64,000 bases of DNA, taken from Oopsacas minuta (Eukaryota; Animalia; Porifera). The stretch spans positions 186,001 through 250,000 of the forward strand of contig JAKMXF010000300.1 of NCBI GenBank assembly GCA_024704765.1. Direction: 5' to 3'. This document shows positions 56,602-64,000 of the stretch, in pieces (position 1 is the first letter of the stretch; every line of letters starts with the position of its first letter). The position numbers and the translations under genes are program-made. The notes under the pieces are model-generated. The model made no database searches. It saw only the letters and a program-made list of their open reading frames with translations, and was not told the DNA's origin.

Positions 56602-58508
56602 ATGCAAAGAATCAAAGCAATAAAAGCCAATTTCAGATCTGTCCTGAAAGATCTAGAAGCTCCTTCTGCAAGTTCTGCAGATGTTATAACAAACCTAAAA
56701 GCTGTCTACGATGAAGTGAAAGCAAGCGATTCCGAACGAAAGCAAATACTTGAACAAACATTTCGTGACATAATTCGCGATGAAGTTGTAAGTTCTAAAG
56801 GTAAACTTGAAGACACGGATATAGATCTTCTTCTCTACCTGATAGACATTAGCATTGAAGCACTACGTGTCAATATAACGCCTAATTCAACTCCATTTAC
56901 TCTAATATCCGATCTGTTTGATTGTCTTACTATAGACAAATGTGAGCATATATTCACGTACATAGAGTATAATACTGAAGTTTGGATGGAAGCACATATG
57001 TACAATTTAGCTAAGATTTACCTACTTCGAATCTGCAATGAATTTCTACGGAGATTGTCTCGATCTCAAAACACTATTCTGTGTGGACGGATTCAGCTGT
57101 TTCTAGCTAGGCTATTCCCTATGTCAGAAAAAAGTGCACTCAATCTGAATAACCAATTCAATCTCGCGAATATTACCACGTTTGGGTTAGAAGATTCCGA
57201 GACTGATTTTTCGAAGGAAATCGCGGAATCTGACTCTTCTCAGGCAAATAAAGTTGATGTCAAGCTATACGAAAACTTGTGGAGTATGCAGAATTATTTT
57301 CGCGATCCTAACCAATGCTACGATACCGAAAAATGGCGTCAAATGTTATCACATAGTGACATAGTATTGAATGCTTTTAAAACGATCAGACTTGATGATG
57401 AAATAGCCAGGGGATATCGTGGGACAAATTACGTCGATGAAAATGATATGGAAACTAGTTCATCTGAGGAGAATGAGGCGAAATATTTTACAAAATTTCT
57501 GACTAATCCAAAGCTGTTGGAACTACAGTTAAGAGATAGTTTATTCCGCAGGCATATTCTCCTGCAATATTTGATACTATTTCAATACTTAGAGTGTTCA
57601 ACAAAATCTAAGCCTACTCAGCATGTTATGAAGAAAGATCAGACTGCATGGGTGAAGGACACTAAGTCAAAAGTATATTCACTTCTCTGTGAGACTCCAC
57701 CTAATGGAGACCAGTTCAGTGATTATTGTAGTAAGCTTCTTAAGAGGGAGGAATTGTGGATAGATTGGAAGAACGAGGGATGTCCCCCAATACCCAACGG
57801 AGGAGAGAAAGGTGAGGGGGAAAAGGAATCTATCCCTGTTAGGAAGGAGTTGAAGAGGAAGAGGAAACTTGGAGATGTTTATAGACACTCTAAAGAAAAG
57901 AGGATTGAAATTGGTATGTGTAATCAATACATGACTACCGTCAACTCCTGTTATATCGAATACGGATATATCAAAATGCCTGCATATATCTGAGTCTGAA
58001 ATTGTACGAATATGGTCCCAAACCTTCAAAGTAACATATATTCCATAGGTTACATCAAAGTAATTATCGCGGTCCCTTGAGCTTTGATATAACGGGAGCT
58101 GATTGTATTTTATATAATTATAATTCTGTAGGTAGTGAAGAGTTATCACGTTTATGGAATCTAAACTCTGATAACATGAAGGCTTGTCAAGGAGAAGACA
58201 GAAAGTTCATACCAGAATTACAGGAGTATTTCTCTGAGGCTATAGAACAGCTGGATCCCGAGAACATGATTGAATCTGAATACAAACTTATAAATAGCAG
58301 CAATTGGTCATGGAGAGCATTGAGACTTCTTTCTCGTAAATGCCCGTACTTTTTCCAAGGCACTAATGCGCTTACAAAACCTATAGGAGAGTACTTAGAG
58401 GGAATTATCAGACAATTATCAAGAGATATTGATGACGTAGATTCTGTTGGAATAAAAGCTCATTCTCCTACCATACCCGAAATGGATATCAAAACGTATG
58501 ACAAATAA
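56602..58508 (+). CDS. THOC1: THO complex subunit 1, 2 exons, 562 aa
   Basis: Exons 56602-57913 and 58132-58508 with a phase-1 GTATGT..GTAG intron. LLRICNEFLRRLSRSQNTILCGRIQLFLARLFP.SEKSALN, KFLTNPKL..LQL.D..FRR, WIDWKNEGCP, G.EELSRLW and WRALRLL. Confidence 0.93.
57936..58107. mobile_element. Pogo-like MITE, family A, in the THOC1 intron
   Basis: TA-ccgtcaactcctgttatatcga ... tttgatataacgggagctgattg-TA. Confidence 0.8.
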
Positions 58509-58603
58509 GCTAAGCAACATTATTTCTTTTCATACATTTTTCTTAATACAATAAAATGTCAATTAACAACGTAGTTATTATAAAAACACATAATTAATTA
58601 TTC

Positions 58604-61600
58604 TCATTTCTTACTGATGATAAGCGCAGAAATTATTAGGAATGCTATTACCACGATCAGCCAGTAAGATACGACAAGGATGACTTTGATCCCTTCCCAG
58701 ATGATATTCTTTGGTTTGTATCTAAGCTTATAAAAGAGATTTTCTTTTCTAATCCTCTCTCCCTCCTCCTTCACTTCATCCCACATATTTGGACTTATCA
58801 AATTCGTTTCTAGGTTATCTTCTAACTCAGCTACTATCGACGACTCTTTTTTGTTGTTATTTCCAGATTTAGTTAGTACTTTAATCACGTACACTATTTG
58901 CATTATAACCCAGAGAGGTAAGGCAATGGCAAGATACACGCTTAATCCATAGTGTGAAGCGTTATTCAGATAGTATACTGATAATCCTAACGCTATGTTA
59001 ATAACAGCAAATGTTTCTATGCATAATCCTATCCCTGTATGAATCAGTTTAAATACGCTTTTATTTGTGATATCTTCTTTACATAGGAATAATGCTATGA
59101 CAGGGTTTATTAGTATTCCGAGCGTTATTAGGACTCCAAATAGTTGATGGAATATCAAGTTGGTTGCCCCGGGAAATATGTACCAACCTTTGCCTCCTAT
59201 AATCGCGAAAATGACACCCAAGCACACGAGGATACACCCGAATATATTGATACCACCATGTAGCTTCATCCACAACTTTCCTGCGAAATATCCGCGACAG
59301 AACCTCGCGATGTAAATACCAGCTGCGTATACGATTAACCATGCAAATAACATGGTAATAGCATGTACTATAACGAAACCAACTATTGTATCCGGTTCAT
59401 ATGGTCCAACATGGTTCTCAGGATCTAGTTTGATCTCTGATTTAGTAACACATTTATATGTGTGTATAGGAAGGCCAGTAGGATTATCTTCATTAGCTAG
59501 GCCCCTACCTACTGCACTGGATAGATGGTACGCTCTAGCTAGTAGGTTAAATCCATGTGTGTTGTAAGGTGGTATTGTACTTCTTGTCATGACACATGTC
59601 AATATGTTGTTAGCATAGTAGCCGGATATAAGTTTGATCCCGTTTTGATTTTTATCCAGCTGATTAAGGGTGTTACTATCTGAGATCCATAAATCTTTAG
59701 CTACGAATCCACCATGTATGGTTAATTGACACCCTATGATGTCATCTTGGCCGATTAGTGTGTCATTTGAGAATCCGATAGTAGCCCAACTCATCCCTGT
59801 CAAATTCAAACGTAGATAGAATGTGACTTGTTCTTTGTCTTCTGGAAAACTCCAAGCTATTACGAATTGACACGTGTCATTCTTGACACATTTCATATCC
59901 TGTTGACATGTTGTTATGTCCTTATACGCTAAACATTGGTTATTCGTACAGTAATCTTTGTAGTTAATATTCTGCTGTACATTAGTTGATTTCAAGAAGA
60001 AATGATCAGCTGTTTTGCAATGCTCGTTATTTGTTTGTTTAATGTTTTGGGAATTAGTTTGAAATGACAAATAGTATGGATCAGTCAGAATGTTAAAAGT
60101 ATCGTTTTTAGCATCCGCTGCTCTCTCGAATTTGCAATACAAACTCTGATCATTGATTCTACTCGATATTAGTTGTACTCTATCTTGTAGAGAGATATTT
60201 TGAGCTTGTGACGGATCGTCTGGGATATATACTCCATGTATTGTTACTCCATCAATGCTATCTACCTTACACGTGTATACTTCACTACCATTAACAATTT
60301 CTCCATTAGAAATTCCTATTGACAATGATTCAATATTAGAACGTTGTATTTCCATTTCAAATATGATACTGTTCGTAGGGGCATGGTACTGCCATGCAGC
60401 GATTAGCTCACAATTCTCGTATAAGCAGGGATCACAGGTGTTATTAACCGCACCTACGAATAAGCATTGTTTTGTTACACGACATCCAGCTGTAATTTCT
60501 ACTGGTTTGGAGAACTCTGTGTTGAGATTAAATTTGCTAAAAGTCCCGCATTTCTCTGTATGGTAGCCTACACCCTTCTTAAATCCATCATTTTTACCTT
60601 TTCCAACTGCGAAAATGAAGTTAAAATCCTCCCCGAAAAGATAGAATCCATTTTCTCCGCTCTTTCTCACATTTCTACTGAACTTACAGTATAGTACACC
60701 ATTAGAGAAACTACTATCAATCATCTCTATTCCTTTTTGAGTGCTGGCTAGTACATTCTGTGACGATATACCTACTGTATTAAAAGTATCTTTTATAACT
60801 ATTCCTCCATTGAGGCTCAGCTGACACGCAAATACATCAGAATCTCCCATCAATTGATTCTGAGACAATCCAATAGCTGCATAATCTAATTCAGCATATT
60901 TAGACTCTATTTCGAATATAACTTTGCTACCAGTTGCATCCTTGGCCCAAGTAATAGCAAACTTGCACTCAGTCCCACTACAACTTTCGCAACTATTCAC
61001 ATCCTTAAGAATAAGGCATTCTTTAGTTCTCCCGCACCCACTTGTTATTTCATGAGCTATACTGTATACTGATGGTGTGTAACATTTCTTTTTATGGTAT
61101 CCTACCCCTTGGCCTATGTCCAACTCCTTACCCATCCCTACAGCTGTTAATATATGGAATTGTTCTTGGAATAGATTTAAATCTGTGTATCCTCTTCCAA
61201 CCGAGTCACGACTGAATTTACAATATAGCCCACCATCTCTATAACTCCAATCAATCATCTCTATTCCTTCTTGTGTCGGGTCTAGCAAATTAACAGAGTT
61301 CTCACCCACTGTATTCCAGGTATCTTTTACAACTACATTTCCAGTAGTATCTAATTGACAAGCAAACACATCAGAACTTCCCATAACCTCGCTTGTTGAA
61401 ACTCCCAATGCTACGAAATCCATGTTAGCGACCGCAGTGTATAGCTCGAAATATGCTAGACCTTTAATAACATCTGACCGCCATGTTGCTAGAACATCAC
61501 ACTGGCTCGTGGATATGTTGCAAGTGGTACATCTGCTCTCATTCAGGGAAAGAGAAATACATTTCTTCTCGTAACCACAACCCACGATGAAGTTGTCGAT

Positions 61601-61690
61601 TGGACTTGTTGAATTTTGAGTTGTGCTTTGAAGATTGCTTGCAATTATTTGGAGAAATATCCAAATTATTAGATAGATAAGATTGTTCAT
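58604..61690 (-). CDS. Ferric-chelate reductase 1-like protein with four DOMON domains and a cytochrome b561 domain
   Basis: Signal peptide, four repeats (GC...K.C...; ..G.S....MG.SDV.AC; ...LYCKF.R; ..H..KC), then b561 with four His (VHAITM, LHGGI, FHQLFG, IHTGIG); intronless. Confidence 0.85.
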   Translation of the reverse strand: MNNLIYLIIWIFLQIIASNLQSTTQNSTSPIDNFIVGCGYEKKCISLSLNESRCTTCNISTSQCDVLATWRSDVIKGLAYFELYTAVANMDFVALGVSTSEVMGSSDVFACQLDTTGNVVVKDTWNTVGENSVNLLDPTQEGIEMIDWSYRDGGLYCKFSRDSVGRGYTDLNLFQEQFHILTAVGMGKELDIGQGVGYHKKKCYTPSVYSIAHEITSGCGRTKECLILKDVNSCESCSGTECKFAITWAKDATGSKVIFEIESKYAELDYAAIGLSQNQLMGDSDVFACQLSLNGGIVIKDTFNTVGISSQNVLASTQKGIEMIDSSFSNGVLYCKFSRNVRKSGENGFYLFGEDFNFIFAVGKGKNDGFKKGVGYHTEKCGTFSKFNLNTEFSKPVEITAGCRVTKQCLFVGAVNNTCDPCLYENCELIAAWQYHAPTNSIIFEMEIQRSNIESLSIGISNGEIVNGSEVYTCKVDSIDGVTIHGVYIPDDPSQAQNISLQDRVQLISSRINDQSLYCKFERAADAKNDTFNILTDPYYLSFQTNSQNIKQTNNEHCKTADHFFLKSTNVQQNINYKDYCTNNQCLAYKDITTCQQDMKCVKNDTCQFVIAWSFPEDKEQVTFYLRLNLTGMSWATIGFSNDTLIGQDDIIGCQLTIHGGFVAKDLWISDSNTLNQLDKNQNGIKLISGYYANNILTCVMTRSTIPPYNTHGFNLLARAYHLSSAVGRGLANEDNPTGLPIHTYKCVTKSEIKLDPENHVGPYEPDTIVGFVIVHAITMLFAWLIVYAAGIYIARFCRGYFAGKLWMKLHGGINIFGCILVCLGVIFAIIGGKGWYIFPGATNLIFHQLFGVLITLGILINPVIALFLCKEDITNKSVFKLIHTGIGLCIETFAVINIALGLSVYYLNNASHYGLSVYLAIALPLWVIMQIVYVIKVLTKSGNNNKKESSIVAELEDNLETNLISPNMWDEVKEEGERIRKENLFYKLRYKPKNIIWEGIKVILVVSYWLIVVIAFLIISALIISKK

Positions 61691-61926
61691 TTTATTGGAA
61701 GAAGATAATTAGATTTTGTTAATTAAACTGATGTAGCTATTGTATCAAATTTTATAGGTACAATTCAAGAATCGAATTTCATTTCCCTAAATCATTACGG
61801 GTATGTATTCAATATCTGTATTATGTCATATTATGTATATTGAGTGCGAGGGACTGTCTATGTTGTAAGTTTGTAAACAGGAATTGTGTAATATCTTGTA
61901 AGAATTTTTATTATGATTAGGATATT

Positions 61927-64000
61927 ATGTCAGAAATTCCACTTGCTTCAAACATAGAAATTCTCTATGAGAGAAGATTATCTACTACTATTTCATTAAT
62001 TTGCTGGTCACCTAATATCAATGTTTTTGCATTTGCATCAGAAGCTGGGGACCTGTATCTTTTCAGGTATATCCCATGGCAGAAAGTATGGGAAATTCCT
62101 CCAAGAGAAGATCATACAAAATTCACTGTATTAGAATGGTCGCGTGATGAATTGATGCTAGCTGGGGGGAAAGACAATGGAAATGTAGAAATCTATCATA
62201 TAGAAAAAGGTACTCTTCTCTTTCAATTCTCAATTTCGGCTGAAGTTACATGTTTGAGTTGGTCTATTCATGAAGTGGACGCCCAGAGCGATTTGTTAAC
62301 TTCACTTAAAAAGTGCAATGATGATTTTCACGCCTTTTTTGGGCCTCTACCCAAACTGGAAAGTGTTGATGAATTGTGTAGGGTACAAGAAACATTATTT
62401 GAACCTAATTTGCTGAAGAAATTCGCCAAACAGAATACATTAAGTATATTGTTAATTGGAAGCAAAATTGGAGAAGTTTGGTTGAATATTGATGGGTTAT
62501 TTTGTCCAAGTTTTTTCAAACTCCATTCAGAACCCACGAAAATAACTGCACTGAAAATATCTAATAATTTGAATGATATTTTCATCACTCATAGTGACGA
62601 ACAGGAAAACATATCTGTTTGTCTTGCGAAAACTTGTTTTTTTAAGCAATATAACCACGAAATTCGAGTATTTTCTCAACAATTCAAAATAATATCCTTC
62701 CTTCTTCAATACATGAGTACAGTTATTAACGTAATGTCAGAAAGCTACGAAGCAGTACTAACGAAATTAGACGAAAAACTAGCGAAATTTGTCGAGTTGT
62801 TACCAGATGATGTTTTAGTGGTGGATGAGTTCTTAAAACTTCTAAGCATGGGGAATAACAGACCTGAGATTCTCCCGTTTATAAGTAGAGATCTTTCGTT
62901 TTCTAACCCTAGAAATAAGAAGCTCCCCAATGACATTGAAACTTCACACCAAAATTTAACATCAGTCATCAAAAATCATCTTTTGCTCAGCTCTGAGATG
63001 CTCTACTATAAATTAATACAAGTGCAGAAAGTATGTAAAATACGTGCATTCGATAAGTTAGGGTATAAATCAGATGCGTTTGAGAGTTGTTCTATGTTAA
63101 CTGGTACGTTTATGTTGAAAACTTTTGAACTTCTTCATGTCACGCAAAGCAGTAAGGAAAGTTTTCAAGTGTTCTTTGAATGGATAAATATTGTCGGAGA
63201 TAGGATACAGGGAATTGACCAGAATAGCAATAAAACATTGACAATGAAGCAGTACGAGATTTTGATTGAATTCTTAATGAGTCAATTGAAACAATCTGGA
63301 ACACCTCCGTACGTGAAATTTAATGTAGAATTAGTTGAACAGTATTTCATGCCGAAAGATCTGTCTTGTCAACAAAGAAACAACTCACCTTGGCTGAAAA
63401 TGGCCGAGGAAATTCTTCCACAAGATTTCCCATTAATACGTCCTGATCCTAGCTCATCTTTACTACAAATAATGCAATCTTTGCTGACACGAGTTAAAGA
63501 TAGTTTTCTAATCGCTTCGGGGAATATCTCACAGGAAATTTTCAAGAATTTAACACACAATAAGATTAAGACTGTCTCAGCATCTACTAAACCTATTTTC
63601 GTGGAACATAAAAATGCCATGCTTGTGATTATAACTCTAACTGCCCCGTTAGAAAAGTACATACTTATTCTACGGTATGCTTTTGGAGAATTTTATTACA
63701 CATTTATATCATTAACTGGGTTAGAAGGATCTTTGAGTATAGATTCTATTTGTGAATATAATGATCTGTGTTTTGCTGTAATGGTGAATTATTTGGATGA
63801 ACGAAAGGATAGTTATTCTATGTTTATCATATCGTTTGATGTGCTGTTGGATGCGAAATATTTTTCATTTTCGTATGATTTCCCTGAAGATATTGATGAA
63901 ATAGCTTTACAAGTTTCAGCTTCAAGTTGTGTGTGTTTGACTCTTGATCGTTTCAAGGTTAGCACATGGACTGTGTCCTCGAGTCGTAAACTAGCAGGAT
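61927..64000 (+). CDS. ANAPC4: Anaphase-promoting complex subunit 4, 3'-truncated by the window edge; absent from the ORF track
   Basis: Manual translation from ATG 61927 is stop-free to base 64000. ICWSPNINVFAFASEAGDLYLFR..WQKVWEIPP and LEWSRD.LMLA match the APC4 N-terminal WD40; later FQVFFEW and FNVELVEQYF. Confidence 0.87.
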   Translation, partial: MSEIPLASNIEILYERRLSTTISLICWSPNINVFAFASEAGDLYLFRYIPWQKVWEIPPREDHTKFTVLEWSRDELMLAGGKDNGNVEIYHIEKGTLLFQFSISAEVTCLSWSIHEVDAQSDLLTSLKKCNDDFHAFFGPLPKLESVDELCRVQETLFEPNLLKKFAKQNTLSILLIGSKIGEVWLNIDGLFCPSFFKLHSEPTKITALKISNNLNDIFITHSDEQENISVCLAKTCFFKQYNHEIRVFSQQFKIISFLLQYMSTVINVMSESYEAVLTKLDEKLAKFVELLPDDVLVVDEFLKLLSMGNNRPEILPFISRDLSFSNPRNKKLPNDIETSHQNLTSVIKNHLLLSSEMLYYKLIQVQKVCKIRAFDKLGYKSDAFESCSMLTGTFMLKTFELLHVTQSSKESFQVFFEWINIVGDRIQGIDQNSNKTLTMKQYEILIEFLMSQLKQSGTPPYVKFNVELVEQYFMPKDLSCQQRNNSPWLKMAEEILPQDFPLIRPDPSSSLLQIMQSLLTRVKDSFLIASGNISQEIFKNLTHNKIKTVSASTKPIFVEHKNAMLVIITLTAPLEKYILILRYAFGEFYYTFISLTGLEGSLSIDSICEYNDLCFAVMVNYLDERKDSYSMFIISFDVLLDAKYFSFSYDFPEDIDEIALQVSASSCVCLTLDRFKVSTWTVSSSRKLAG

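Overview
AT-rich, very gene-dense eukaryotic (animal) genomic DNA with about 35 protein-coding genes in 64 kb. Most are conserved housekeeping genes: DHTKD1, TTLL12, NUP188, NUP160, PYCR, ZFAND2, CHMP4, SRSF1-like, TMEM18, CCDC47, SNX27, RRP1, PDRG1, FARSA, SERGEF, AGTRAP, SH3BP5-like, DIS3, Miro/RHOT, VTI1A, SMIM13, NUDT5, DTL, GAL3ST, mitochondrial creatine kinase, THOC1 and ANAPC4. The window also has lineage-specific-looking genes: three related 7TM orphans, an orphan membrane protein, a solo NHL propeller, two tandem UBE2W-like E2s and a 4xDOMON-cytochrome b561. Most genes are intronless; a few keep several short GT-AG introns (about 50-90 nt). The combination of compactness, intron loss, creatine kinase and NHL proteins suggests a compact early-branching animal such as a hexactinellid sponge (inference, not verified). 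No autonomous transposon, tRNA, rRNA or CRISPR array was seen, but many MITE-like elements occupy spacers and introns. The most notable signals are: (1) YAG acceptor-like sites just upstream of many start codons across very short spacers, a trans-splicing/operon-like signature; (2) ZFAND2 nested antisense in a PYCR intron; (3) a UBE2W-like E2 with an MGC...SK acylation N-terminus; (4) an orphan 7TM family; (5) a DOMON array with partly lost heme ligands; (6) a reading-frame break in TTLL12. Exon coordinates were worked out by hand.
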